A stretch of DNA of 64,000 nucleotides from the NCBI GenBank assembly GCA_030141605.1, contig JAQGDQ010000171.1, forward strand, positions 372,001-436,000. Direction: 5' to 3'. Shown piece by piece: positions 14,301-52,285 of the stretch. The notes under the pieces were generated by a model. That model had not been told where the DNA came from. It did no database searches and saw only the letters and a program-made list of their open reading frames with translations. Source of the stretch: Tubiluchus corallicola (lineage: Eukaryota > Animalia > Priapulida). The position numbers were made by a program, and so were the translations under genes. The first letter of the stretch is position 1. Each line of letters opens with the position of its first letter.

Positions 14301-17300
14301 ATCAGTGCCTGAAAAAACCCTGAGCTCTACAGTTTTTAGCAGGTGAGTTTAGTTAAACCTTTTGTATTAAATTACGTGCTCATTTGGAGCATATTTGTGT
14401 TGAGCATATGTATAAAACCAAGCTTTCTAATCAGTTTTTCCATGAAATATTTTTATTCATCTGCTTCAAGTGTATTATGTACTGCACAACTTAAGCTATT
14501 AATGACAGCCACACATTATGAAAAGTATTTCGCTGCTTGTTTTCTGGCATGCACACTCGTTGTTCAAAGTGCATAGTGTCTTACTGTCACTTGCATTGCA
14601 CTTGTTGCAAACACCATAGGCACTTTGTTTAGGTATGGAAATTTAAACCATGAAAACATTTTGGAAAATTTAATTTAAAAGTGTGGCTTTCTTAATTAAT
14701 GCATATACTATCAGGCAATGTCAATTGTCCTGACAAACGAAGTCTGGAAAAAATTAACCAATAGCGTGTTATGTTACCCATGAAATTGACATTTGCAGAA
14801 TTTATATTCACAATGTATTTTTGCGGTAGGTAAAGCATGATTTCATGAAGCTGCTTTGATGTCATAATATGTTCTGCATTGTGTTTCCGAGAAGTAGGGA
14901 TACATGTCTGCCTACGTAAATGTTCTTGACCGAAAGGTTACAATATAGAAAAGACTCTTTAGTGTATGTCTTTAACTCATTCAGGGCAGTAAAAGTTTGC
15001 TGTATTTAACATAGGTTCATGAAAAACTGCTCTCACTAAGCAACGATTACATTATATTGGATATTTTTTGTAGATTTCTACTCCCCACACAATATGCTTT
15101 CGTGCAAAAATATATATGAAAGGCATTTGCTCACCTTAGACAAATTAAAAATTGGTTTTTGACAAAAAAATGACATAAATATTTCATAACTGCAGTGTTT
15201 GCACCATAACAATGTACAGTACCACTTGTGTAAAATCGGTTAATGCAGAAAATTTCAACTACCCAGACACAACACTCTGATAAACTTTGGCCTCAAGTCT
15301 CCTCTATTTTTAAAGAAAAATTGTTGCTAAAAGATGAGACGACCTAATTTGTCATTGGCTAATTAGTTGGTTTTTCCTAGAATAGCAGCTGACTTGGGCT
15401 GTAGTGACCAGGTAGTTAATAAAATAGTATGTGTGATCATGTAAATATACAGCACACTAAGCTACTCGATAGGCTAAGTTGTTTTTCTCAATTTTATCCA
15501 ATTAAACTGCTTATAAATGCTTAAACAAATAGCAAAATTAGATAGCCGAGATTCTCCTGATCAGAACAGTAACTAATTAGTGATCATTTAGTTACATCTA
15601 TTGTCTACACTCATACGGTAACAGTAACATCATAGGTTTTATAAGACCTATTTTGAATCGTGCAGTCCTCAAGGAGTTAAAGACAATATAGCACTATAAG
15701 CGGCTTGTTATCTGAACGTAAATCTTTTAAACAAATAAACTACACACAACAACTGACACTTTCAAAGACTTATTACAATAGCACATTCGTTACAAAATAA
15801 GAGAAACATCGTGATCAGTCCTCAAGGTATCACGTTTTAAAATATCGAAGACTACATGATGTTAAAGTGTGAAAAAGAATATTCAAAGTAAATAAAGTCA
15901 AGGTTTATCTAACAACCAAGTTTCTAAACAAAAGAACCACACGCGGATTATAACATATCAGTTATATAACCATAAGACAAAATTGACACTAAACAATTTA
16001 ATAGAGAGTTTCCGCTACATTTAAACAACGAAAAATTCTGACTCTGAAAGGACAGCGCAATAATCAGAGTCAGAATCATGCCCAGTATGTTTTGTTACAA
16101 TCCCAAGTTCTATTGACGAATATTTAAACAATTTAAAAGATTCAAATTCTCTAGACATTATGCAATGAGACAAAGCATACAATTACGAAATAAAGTACAC
16201 CTGTTGGTGCTACCTAGCTCGAACTTGTGTCGAAACTTGTGCAGAAAACCAAAGTTATAATCATTTAGTACAGTAGCCAAAAAGTCATAGGTCTCATAAC
16301 ACCTATGTTGAGTACACTTGTTTCAGTAGTGTGTGCATTAGATCATTCTGAATTTCAGTCTAAAAACTGTTTTTCTTTAAGTGTTGAGATTAATGAACAA
16401 GAGGCGGCTTTTGAGTTTGGTGACAGAGATAGAGGAGACAGTATTTCCAGCAAGGAAAGCTGTTTTAAGAAGAAAAGAAAGGGAAGTGGACAACAAAGAT
16501 CTAGCAAGCCAAAATCTTCAGAAAGAAAAGTTTGTCCTTTACCAGTAGAATTACAACAGGTAGATTGAATATTGAGCATTTGAATTTTGCTAACACCAAG
16601 TAGCAGCTCGTGTATGGGCACTGCAGAACTGCAGCACCCCCTATTTTCACTAGATATTATCGATAACATTCAATATAATGAGACTTTTTTCTTTAATTCT
16701 CTCTTTATACTTGTACATTATATAATCCTTAAGCTTATGTTTGTGTGTTTGGCTGTTGTGCATATGCGGCCATGCGCACATGTCCAAGATAAGAAGCTGC
16801 ACGCTAGGTAAAGAAAGCACTGTCGCTCACTCAGTGCCGACCCTGTTGTGCAAGTGTAAGGTACTGTTCCTTTGTGACTAAATTTTTTGTAATTTGACTT
16901 TGTAATTTTTCTTTTTACATGTTTGTTTCATTTTATGCAATTATTAAAAAATAGCTAAATTTTTCTGAAGCAGCACCACCACTAATTTTAACTACAGGTA
17001 ACTGTAGTAACACCTGTAATAAAATAATAATAAAAATGATTTTTAAGTAGCCACCTTGCTCTGTTTTTGAAAAACTAGAAGGATGTTTATTGTTTAAAAA
17101 TTGAACTGGCAATTGTAGTGAAACATAATAATCAATTACTCCAACAGCTGGTGTTGTTGTTGTTATTGCCTATCCATTCCATCCCTTAAAAAGCCGTACT
17201 CAGGAGCTGGCTAGTTATTGGAAGTGACATATTTCATCTTTGGCCAGTTTTTTATTTAACTATTAATAATACTTACCCGTGTCATCATGGATGTTAAAGG

Positions 17301-20022
17301 TCACCAAAAGGTTGCTGTGTAAACTGTGTAGTGTGAAGTTAAATTGTAGTGCATTTTTCTGTTGGCTAGTTAACGTTATTGGACACGTTTAAAAAAGCCA
17401 CTGATAATCTAATTTGTTTTGGTTTGACTAGGAGAAAGGTGGCTGGCCTTCTTTATAATCATTTCTATTTGTTTGTGCTTTTTTGTCATTTAAGATTTTT
17501 TGCTTAAAAGTAAAACCGGAAAAATTGTGTTAAAATGTCTATAAAGACCTGCATTGTATATAAAGCTTCACGGATTTCTCATTAATCTCTATGAACTTCC
17601 AGATCAAATATTACAACCATATTAGTGAAAATTTGAATATACGTACTTTCTGTAATGAAATTTCGTAACAAAGTTGACTTTGTAACGAAATTTCATGCAG
17701 CAATATCATACGTTGTGTGTGTTTCTCAAATCAAAAATACATTTTTTAGCAAATGGAGGCAGACAGCTCGCCAATGATATCTGAGTACTCACAGTTTCCA
17801 GTCTCAGATCAATATACTGAAAATAACAATGGCAGTTCATCAGATGCAGTAAGCAAACTATCTTCGATCCAAATCTTGCCAATAGAAGATCAAACTGAGG
17901 ACTTTTTTCTTGGAGAAGACAGGATCGATGTGGAACAAGAACAGCTGCCTGAAATAGATTTGCCAATTGATTCCGAACAGCAGTCATACTCGTTTACGGA
18001 ACTGGAAGGGTCTACGTCATTCACGTCCAAAGAGAGTGGTCTACTTGAACAAGTTCTATATAAACATGAGGTAAAGCAGTTTGATGTGGTAGCAACATTG
18101 CTCAGAATTAGAGTTTGAATTAAACTTGTGTGCCAGTTGGTTTTTCTCCCATCTTTGTATGGATTTATCATTTTTGTAGCATTGTTTGATTCTGTGATGA
18201 ACACCGTCTTCGACAACAATTATGCAATAAGCAGTTTAAACAAATGTGCACGCTATTCTTATCCCAAATGACTCAGGCTGAACTAAAAAGCTTCTAAAGA
18301 ATACGTCAATACCAGGGGTGAATCCAGGATTTTTAGAAAGGGAGGTGGCAGAATTTCAAAGAATGAAATATTTGGTATACTATTTCATACTACCTCATAG
18401 TGGCCGCTCTAGCACTGAAGGCGGGAAGCAGAGAGCATGGTCTGGAGTAGGGTTCTCCCCCAGGAAAATTTTGGATCGGTTTGGGAAGTAAATGTGAAAA
18501 AGTCACAACTGTTGGTTTTATAAATCATTATACGATAAATCATTTCTGCCAAGCATACACATACAATGTTCAGTGCTTCACTGAGTTTATAGAAAGTTAA
18601 AGGTGAAAACATTGATAGCTGGTTTAACAGTCAGAAATGTGCATGCAGTTTCATTTGAAGTAAACAAACAGCACTCTTCTGTGTTTCACCAGTACAAACT
18701 AATAATGAGTGTAGTGGCTGTTCTCATAGTCAAAACTTTATGCTTGTATTGTTACCTTTAGTTGTGTATTATATGCTATTTGTTTATTTAATTTTTTTAG
18801 TTATAGTAGTGTTTAATTCTGTTTATGCGATTTATTCTGCATGTGTGCAAATAAAATGTTCTCTCTCTTATCTCTCCCAGTTCTCCCCTTTCCTGAACCA
18901 GGAATCACACTGTATTGATTTCAGACACCCGAGTTTGCTCATGATTCAATAGAGCCACCAATGTGCTCTGCAGAGGGTGGTTTTTACAGACCGTGCAAAT
19001 TAATTGACATACCTCCATCAGGTTCAAGGCGGCACTCTACCGAAAGGTAAAAGTGTGAGTTGGAAAACTGTTTATTTTGAATTTTCTTTGTTATTGTCAT
19101 CATCCACAGATGTTGTTGCAATGGTCTTAAAACATGGTCTGTATTTCTTGTGACCATTCTTCCCATTGAGGATATATTTTTTGGTACTGCAGTTTGGACG
19201 TAAATTTTGAAGAACTTGCTTTCCTGATAATTTTTTGCAAGGCTAACTGCTTAATGAAACTAGTTGTTCTTTTGTGTGGATGCTTCCCTGCCAAAAAAGA
19301 AATGTGCTAGTTTACAATAGTGGACATTAATTGCAAGACGATAGGATGAGCTTTTAGTTTCATTCACAAACTATGCTATAATCTCCTCATCTCTGTTAAC
19401 AGTTCACCATTCATTAGCACACTTTAAAAATTGCACACTTTTAAACAAGTGCACTGATAGTTTTTGTGTTTATATGCATTTAGCTAATATACTTCTGTTA
19501 CAATACAATACTTAACTACAGTCAACTTAATACAGATCTGGTTAACATGGACATCATGCTAAGTTATATCAAATCTCAAACTCTGATGGCCTTTTTCATA
19601 TGTTAACATCTCAGTCAGAAATATATTATACTTAAGTTGTGCCTTTTAAAATTAAACACATTGTAGCGTATCACACAGCTAGAAGTTACAGAGCTATTTT
19701 TTAGTTAATTAGTCCAATAACCAGGAACGAAACCACAAGTGAAAGGACAGTATTTGTCAAGGTAATTGGATTTTTAAAATTAATTCTGTTTGGTTTGCTA
19801 TAACAAAATGTGGCCTTGATATATGTGTCATAATAATTGAAGCATATTTGTACTTATAGTTACAGAGGACGGCGAAGCTTCCAAGCGGAGTTTGACGAAG
19901 TTTGCTCTGAAGACCTGCAGGGAACCGAAGACACAATAAGAACTGCGTCACTCCCTTCCACACTCGTGCCACGTGAAGGCATATCACCTCATTTAACTAA
20001 GTCCTATCCTTTCATATCTTGA
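11316..20022 (+). CDS. C2orf81-like (DUF4639) protein, 8 predicted coding exons
   Basis: Exons 11316-11458, 11732-11894, 12593-12662, 14243-14342, 16382-16559, 17750-18070, 18925-19046 and 19860-20022 join in frame. The N-terminal part (VGHLKESQW...YIQQQIYPFAV...DEGE...W..DEEPESIPLDSWSEGVVPV) matches the recalled C2orf81 pattern (GRLSEAEW...PF...RDEGE...W.EDEEP...DSWAQGSVPV). The last four exons are low-complexity and less certain. Confidence 0.8.
12137..12487. mobile_element. hAT-like MITE
   Basis: TIRs TAGGGAT / ATCCCTA, subterminal TATCG/CGATA repeats, and a degenerate 8-bp TSD ACCTGATA/ACTTGACA. Confidence 0.65.
12794..13503. mobile_element. Non-autonomous DNA transposon with TA-flanked ends (Tc1/mariner-like)
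   Basis: Imperfect TIRs TACGGTTTACAAA / TTTGCAACTGTA. Confidence 0.4.
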
Positions 20023-20050
20023 ATAGGAATAATGACTTTGCATCTATACC

Positions 20051-21637
20051 CAGCGGCGTAGCTAATAGGGGAGCAAGGGGGCACATTTTTCAAAATTAGC
20101 GCCTTTACAACAATTTTTTTAGCTCTGTAGTTCACTTGTGTGCTAAAAGTCGAATATTTTTTGTTTTTTCCAATCACATGGCATTGGAAGAATTTTTTAG
20201 AGACATTAGTTTACTTGAACCGCTTCCCTCCCATATTTTTGAAATGAGCTTTAAGGACAAGAAAAGGGTTACCTGAAGTTGGTCTCGGAAAAATCGCCTT
20301 AAAAAATTATATTATAAAAACTTTATAGTATAAATTAAAAACTAAAAGTATTATTATATAAAACTTTATAGCAATTTTATGCATGTATCGTTTTCGCACT
20401 GAAAGAAATTTTTGTTTGTTTTCATTTTAAATCTCCCGTAGTACTGTTTCGAAGTCACCATTACATGATGTCACTACGCAAATGTAAATCAGGGGAAGAA
20501 AAGGAAATGTTAAATATGGTAAATTATGTCCCAAAAAACTTTACATGCAAATATCTATTACTTATCTTTTTGCTTACCTGCTGAAAAGACTTATGTAACT
20601 AGAAAAGAAAATTTTTTAATTATTTAAAATGTTTTTGCCGATAGGTAAAATGTGGCTGACTCACCTCTAGGTGCACCACTCACTAACCAAAAATGTATTT
20701 TTAATCTAATTGACAAGATACAGTAATTTAAAATTTTACTCAGTTAGTGCTGTATACGCAACGAATGCTCTGATTATTTTTTCAAAGTTTACACAATGTT
20801 ATCTAAACTTGTTTCAAATAACCTGTTGTTAAGATGGCTGCGTCTAATGGTCATCGCGGGAGTTTAAATTTACATGTTTTACACAGCGTGACTGCCGATT
20901 GAACTCCTGTATGTAAAAAGGCAGTATGAAAGTGATATAAAATTTCAAGACAAATTTTTCAAGCTTTATGTTCATGAAGGGCTTGTACCTAAATTCGTGA
21001 TTGCCAGTGATGTGTTTCCATTTATCCTAACCTGCCCGCATTGTATCACATTTTTCTGATCTTACTAATAATTAGCACAGTTGTTGAATGATCCTTTAGT
21101 CGACTGAAACAGATAAAGTCCTGCCTTCATTCTTCAATGGGCGAGGATAGATTGTCTGGGTTAGCTTTCCCCTCTATTGAAAGAGAGTTTGCTAATGAGG
21201 TTGAATTATAAATTACTTTGCTACAATGAAGCCTAGATGACAGTGACTGTTGTAGTTCTTTCATGATACATTTTGCACAGCACTTCATTTTGTTTTCATT
21301 TTACGGTTCTAAATAATAACACACCTTTTTATTGTGTTGCGAGATTTAAGAGCTTATTGCAAAACTTTTTATTGTGTTGCGAGATTTAAGAGCTTACTGC
21401 AAAACTTTTTATTGTGTTGCGACATTTAAGAGCTTACTGCAGAACTTTTTATTGTGTTTTAATTTTAAATACAAAATAGCAACTATATACTTCCTTTAAA
21501 ATTGTACCTTCGTCATATTTTGCTTTTAGACACAAAATTAAATTGTATAATCAATACATTAAAAATTGTTTGGTATGTGTCATGGCGCCTTTCTGTGTGC
21601 TTGCTCCCCCTAACTTTAAAACCTGGCTGCGCCCTTG
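20051..21637. mobile_element. hAT-like element family B, long copy with internal insertions and tandem repeats
   Basis: TIRs CAGCGGCGTAGC / GCTGCGCCCTTG. Subterminal sequences are shared with 36687-37226 (TTTTTCAAAATT.GCGC, TGTGCTTGCTCCCCCTAACTTTA.AACCTG). Degenerate 8-bp TSD. Confidence 0.65.
21325..21458. repeat. 40-bp tandem repeat, about 3.3 copies
   Basis: Unit CTTTTTATTGTGTTGCGAGATTTAAGAGCTTACTGCAAAA. Confidence 0.9.
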
Positions 21638-22068
21638 TCTGCATCAATTAGTGTGCCAAAGAGCACGTAGCAAGAAATGATTGCATCTAACACAAATGGG
21701 AAAAAATACAAAAATACTCAGTTGATATGGTTTGTTCCATGTATTTTATATGTTCTTATTTAGTTAGTTAGTTAAAGATTTAATTCATTTACGTTTTCAC
21801 ATTTCAGGCATGATAACTATCATTTCTGTTACAACATTTTACATTAAACAACTCTATGCCTAATGACTTTGTGATAACATAAAAAATTTACTGTTTTGCG
21901 TATTTGCAAATCTATGTAATAAAAATTAATGGAGATGAATTACACTGTGTTAAATGTACAGTAAAAATTTATAGAGATACCTGAGACCATAACACTGATT
22001 ACCTGAGCTGCAAACGCCAAATGACAAAATTGCTTGAACAATGCATTCTTTTTAGCTTGGCACTTTTT

Positions 22069-22424
22069 AATAAGCCTTTTTACAGTTGCTGTAGGTCAAA
22101 GGTTAAGTGTACTACAGCAACATTAACTACAACCGTCACGTGACATACATAAAGCAAATCCGCCTGCGGATCAGCTCAGCATCTTCAGCTGTATTACGTG
22201 GACTTTACTTAATTATACATTAGTCTGTGGGTAGAGTAAGTTACTAGCAGGATCTTGCTTGGGAACAAGAAAAAATAAACTAGGCAAGGTTCTAGCTAGC
22301 TGGTAAAACTGTTATTCTTACAGTAGCATGGGCTGCGAGGCGTTGTCAAGTGTACACAAATCCGTTGTCTGGTACATTTAACCTTTGACTTTTTCACGAT
22401 CATCATCAATCGCTGGAACTTATT
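22069..22424. mobile_element. MITE family A, copy 2 (just past the peroxidase stop codon)
   Basis: Shares AATAAGCCTTTT, CAGTTGCTGTAGGTCAAAGG, TTACTAGCAGGATCTT.CTTGGGAACAAGAAA and GATCATCATCAAT with 3949-4227. Confidence 0.8.
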
Positions 22425-22496
22425 GCATTACTTACTGACAGCCCTTTCTCCCTGAACTTGTAATCACCAGCTGTTTCATCTGTATGAATTATATGC

Positions 22497-46140
<23,644 letters not shown>

Positions 46141-48609
46141 TCTTCTGGCTGCAACACGTGCTTTCACAAACGTGTACTCGTGGATACAATGTTATTAAAA
46201 TTTACACTTAAAATTTTAAACAATGACAGGCATTTATTGTCTTAAATATTTCTTAAAATACTCAGATCAAATTTCACCCGAAAAACAATCAATTACAGAT
46301 AAAATAGTCGAAACAAAAACAATCAAAATAAACTTGAATCAAGTTTCGTGTTTTTCACTTGAATGGTCTATGCAAGCATTGTCAATTTTACAGCCCTGTT
46401 TTTTGGATAATGTTGAGTTGCAATTACTTTAACCGGTTTGCTTGTCCCTGGTTTTGATCATATCCTGTTTACGGAAAGTGGCTGTTCGTAGAATTATGTC
46501 CACCTGAGCGTGTATAATCTCCATTGAGTCTATTTTATGAGTTACGTGCATGAGTCAAACACGGGGATTTCATTGCACAGTGCAAAACAGCACATGACTT
46601 TAATCAAATCGCAAAAAAGGTAAAATAAACGCCCTGGAAATTTGATGACAATGAGATACTTTTGATTTTTCAAAAGAGGAAAAAGTTGAGTGGTAACAGT
46701 AATTAGTGTGAAACAGACTTTAACTTTTTTGTAGGCGTAAAAAGACAACAACTGGCATGACTACCTTTTCTTCGCATGCAACATTTTATTTCCGAATTGA
46801 TTGTAAAAGTATAATTACGGTTGTGATTATGACTAAAAACGAATAGAAAGTTAGACTGTTAATCTCAATTCTACTTAAATGTATATATTTTTATAGGTTT
46901 TATATCACTGTCACTAACAACATTATTGTCATATTCATCATCATTCCCATTTTCATCATCTTCATCAGGTCATCATCAGCAATTTAACAATTTCATACTG
47001 AAACAAAATATTTATTATGCAAACACAATTTTGAGGAAGAAAATTTCTATTGATTTGCAACATAGTTGAGTAAATAGCTTTCTGGCGAGCAAGAGAGTAA
47101 AAAGAGATCAAAAAAAGAACTCTATTTCGTATTTTAGTCACGTGGGCGAATAACGTCATTTTTGCGTGACTACAAATTTACTACAGACTGATAAGAAGAT
47201 TCCACGTCTAATCACTTTTGCACCAACGAAGTCATTACGGATTGAATGAATGCACCTGTCCAACTCTGCAATTAGCTGAAGTTACCTATATATATATAAT
47301 AATGCTATTAATCACGACGAGGAAATATTAATCAAGCCATATCAGTCTCGAATATGATTGAAATCTGATGAAATATCCTTGTAAATCCTGCGTATGTGAC
47401 AGTAAGAGTAATTGTTCTGTAAAGAAAATGTCCAGTTCGGCTTTTTGCTCAGGTTTCCTGTGCGCGAGAGGCCACTAAAATCTATTAAATTAACTTCCAA
47501 TCACCATTACCACCATCACCACCATCACCATCATCATCGTCATCATCATCATAATTATCATCATCATCATCATCACCATGAACCGAACTCATTTCCGAAG
47601 TAAGTAGATTAATATCTGCTTTGTATAAGTAACTGTAAAAAGTACTTAAAGAAAGACTACATATTTACTTCTTCTGTAGTTTATCGTGCATGTATATAGG
47701 AAACGTGTCTTATCGCATCATTAGCCGTATAACTGTTTAATGAATAGGCCTCGTACAAAGTCCAAGACAGGAAATAACTCGTTGAGAATGACCTGATGAC
47801 CGTGAAAGTTGAAGAAACAGGTCCCCACGCTTAGAGGCAAAACTTAATAAAGACGCTGCAGAAATTCTCAACTATGATTAACTATTGAATTGTAATATGT
47901 TGTGACGTCAACTAGCACTTATATATTTTCATCTACAGATTATATGTTATGAACTGATAATGTAAATAAGTACAACATGATGTTTTAACTCATTTGTTTA
48001 TTGCTTTCAATTACAAATATATACAAGTGACACGGCAATGGGCATCCAATACTAATATTACTTTTCGAGAACAAACCTTAGATAAAAACATTCAGTTTAA
48101 TGATTTTTTAAACGAAAAATAAAAACAAATTTTATTCTTGTTCTAGACAATCGTCATCTTCATCATCACCATCATCATCATCATCACCACCATCACCGCC
48201 ATTATCATCATCTTTATCGCCATCATCGTCATCATCAACACCGCCATAATATACATGTATTGAGAAAAAACCTAGCATCTAGCGAAGATATTTTTAAGCA
48301 CCGCATGTCATTGTCATGGAGAGAGACGGCGCGTGGTTCGAGTGATATTCAACAAAAGCATTCATTGATCATTATAAATTTTGCAAATCTTGCATTAATT
48401 GCCGCGCTTATCAGCAAAAAAGCGCAGCATAAAACTATGGGATTATTTTCCAGGGTTTGTTTTTTTGAAGAGCTCGAGCTCTTACTCTTTTAATTCCATA
48501 ATAATTTTAGCAGTGGTTAAACATAAGACATAAACATAAACATGGGAGAGCGAAAAAGAATTAGGAATAAGAAGCCATATAACAAGGAGGACGAAAGAGA
48601 ACCGAAAAA

Positions 48610-48956
<347 letters not shown>

Positions 48957-51034
48957 TTAGATATTTTTATTCATAAAAAGTTTACATCTATTGACAAGAA
49001 ATTGAAGATTATGGAATGAGCTCACAATTATTGAATTTTGACACCAAGGGAGGAAGGAAGGAAGTGTGAAAAAGCTTGGTAAGGACGTGGATTTGAACCA
49101 AAAATCCTGCCTATCCAAAATTTCAGCGTTAATAAGCACTCTTGAAATTAATATTATACATATATCATGGACTAGCAAAATGAAAATATTGGAAACGGCG
49201 AAACGACAAAATAAATACAATGTGACGTATTTATTATGTAATAAATTAAATTCTCGGAACTATTGCAAGCAACACTGTGGCTTCTATCTACTTGTCTCTG
49301 CGCATACGTGAAGCGGACAAAACCGTCGTCAATTTCTGCTCTGCTAACACAGTCGGTGCTTTGCAGGTGATACTCGAACAGCAGCAAAGCAAGTCTTGCT
49401 TCAATGATGTGGTCGCAAAATCAAAGTAAGTCTGGTTTCACATGTGTCACTTCAATGAAATTTACAAAGTCAGATAATTCGTCTAATCTAATCAAACATT
49501 CGACATAATTCAATTTTGTTTAATTGTGGTATGGCGATAAATGTTTAATCGAAATTAATGGGTGTGGATTGTAAGACAAAAGTGCTATGAATTTTTCGTT
49601 GTTCGGCTATCGCTCAATTTTATTCTGATAAGAGACAATTTTTAAAAGAATTTTTAGGCCTTAGTTTTTAATAATTTGAGTACGTAGATGTGAACGCAAC
49701 TTAATTGAAGAAATGTAATACATTAATTTGCCACATACTTCACTATAAAGAAACAATGATATCAGGAGTTGTTAAAGTCTGATGTGTAGATAATTTGGTA
49801 AAGAACCATTGCAGCTGTTCAGCATACCATATCAGGAAGAATATTTTAGAAATGTTAACAGCTTATTACTTAATTTTTATGACTCGTGAAACACATGTAA
49901 GTTTTTCAAGTGCAGCTTCTTAGTGCTTGAGGAATTATGAAACTACAGATGCAGGACGTTTTATATACAAGTAATTTTTACAAGAATTTGGACAGTTCTA
50001 AAAGCTAAATTCACCCACTCTAATATTATTCCACCATATACCAACAAGAAAGTTTAAAATACTTTAAGAAGTTTTACTTTGATAAACTGCAGTGCACTAG
50101 TTTAAACATTAAATCTATAGCAAGCTTTTTTATTTCTGGAACAACATTTGAAAGCAATTCATATGTTAATCTGTACTGAAGGTCTGCGTGATGGCTTGTC
50201 CATGCTATTTTAACCTACTGCACTCGATTTACATAAAAATGAGGGAAAACTGTATTAAATATTTACAAAATTATGTTATTATGGGAATATTTGCGATGTC
50301 CGTCTACACATCTTGACCTTATGAATGACTTGTTTGAATTAAACGAACAGTTGCAACCCACAATTTCACTAAAAGACAAGCTTTATGGTTTAAACCACAG
50401 CTTTTACAGTTTTACTGGTACGAAAAAATTTGTTGATTCTTTTAGCCCAACACATAAAATCACTAACAAAGCTGTAATTGACAAATCTATATACAGGCAG
50501 ATTGTAACATAACAATTGAAAACATTTGAATACAGTAATTCGAGCTTTGTGTCAAAATCACACTTCTAGCTAGAGATTTTTTAATCAACTTTTTACTCCT
50601 GAAATGAATGGCTGAATGTATTTAGCAACTGAAGTTGAGCAGCGCTAGACCTGATTGGTAACTAGATAAGTACCACGAGGAAATGCTTCTGGAGGATCCG
50701 CTCAGCCATACGGCTGTTACGAGGTTATGCACACCTAAAGTGTTATGAAGGCATCTCTACCGTTCAGAATCGCATCTAAGAGAATGATCCTTGATATTAA
50801 GTCAAGTCCAGGTCTGCTGCAGCCATCTGCGCATTCTGCGGTGGGTGAGTGAATGAATCCTGGCTTGCAGGGTATCTCATTGAGTTAGAGAAATACCTGG
50901 AAATCTTTCAAAATCGATGACCGCCTAGAAAGGTTATTTCAGGCTCATCGCGATGGAAAACTGTAGAGAAAATGAATTAATGAGACGTGTGTAGAGAAAG
51001 AGAGAATGAGAGGGGGGAGGGAGAGGGAGAGGGA

Positions 51035-51077
<43 letters not shown>

Positions 51078-52164
51078 GTCTTAATTTTTTGGTCTTTCTT
51101 GGTTCCCTGCGCAAGCTTATCCTTGAATGACGACGAAATACATTTAGTTTTTATATTTGGTCAAAAATTGGTCTCTCATTATATCGTGATACTTTAGTTT
51201 AACTTCTAAAAAAGCAATGACACATTTCCTGACGTTCATAATGCAATTTCGAGAACACTTTTAAATGAATTATTATTGTTGTCGTTGTCATTATCATTAC
51301 CGTAATCATCGTCATTATCATTGGTATTATCATCATCATTATTATTATTATCATCATTATTATTAACAAACTACAATCTTATTCACTAGGCCTATACGAA
51401 TTGGCCAACCGATAAAATTTCTCAAAATTTATTGCAATTTTTACTTAAGAAAAGATGATTTATTAAAAAAAATTTTTAAAAAAATTAATAACTGTGCTGT
51501 TTTGGGCGCCTATATTTCTATAAGCCTAAGAATAGAAGCTTAGCTGCTCCGTGTGAACATGTTAGGATATTTTGTTTCTGTGATTTCGAATTTTAAGATT
51601 TTTTGACGCCTAGTTGAACATACTAAGATTAAGGTAGGCCTATTAGCACTAACTCTAGCCAGGAAGATGCATAATAGTTAAAAGGTTAACGAAATTATGA
51701 GCGACCATCGTTTGTGTCAATCTTCAAGCACCACATTGGACAATTCTAGTACACCTGTGTGCTAGATTTCTGTTTACTTCCCATGGTGATAAAAGCGTAG
51801 CACACTCATAAGTTGCTGTTATACATTTGCACTGCAGTTTCTACTAACAGCACACAGATTGGAGTCTGCTAAGCAAAGCCATAATCATGCGCTAGTCCCA
51901 CGGAGATAAACGGCATTCCATTTAATTGTGTCTAATTACCTTGAATACATTAATATTATACATATATTACATTTATGGGAATATAAGGGTATAGCTAGTG
52001 TTGTTACCATTACAGAGCACATTCAATAATGGCATACTACTTGTTATTTGCTAGTTGTTATTTGTTACTATATCAATTTATTTTCTACAAGTCTGTTTAT
52101 TCATTACTTATTTAGCTTTTGTTAAATACATAACTAGTGCATAATGTTCTATACTGTAGGCTCT

Positions 52165-52285
52165 ACCTATATAAACTGATTGTACGTTTGTAAAATTTAT
52201 TACTGGTGATGATAGCAGTAGCTCTGTCAAAACGTTTGCCATGGTTTTTTTAACTATGTAAATTAAACGTTTTAATAAATTTATG
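52165..52285 (+). mobile_element. Degenerate copy of the Penelope-like/hammerhead repeat at 40900-41035
   Basis: CTATATAAACTGATTGTACGTTTGTAAAATTT..CTGGTGATGATAGCAGTAGCTCTGTCAAAACGTTTG aligns to 40908-40978. The catalytic core is mutated. Confidence 0.55.

Noticed and set aside
21325-21458. CRISPR-like array
   Set aside because: The repeats are head-to-tail with no unique spacers, the context is eukaryotic, and there are no cas genes.
47789-47826. CTGATGA...GAAA hammerhead-like motif
   Set aside because: There is no paired stem II, and the flanking complementarity would sequester the core.
49506-49516. RCSI/P3-like photoreceptor element TAATTCAATTT
   Set aside because: Such a match is expected by chance in AT-rich DNA, and the opsin TSS is unknown.
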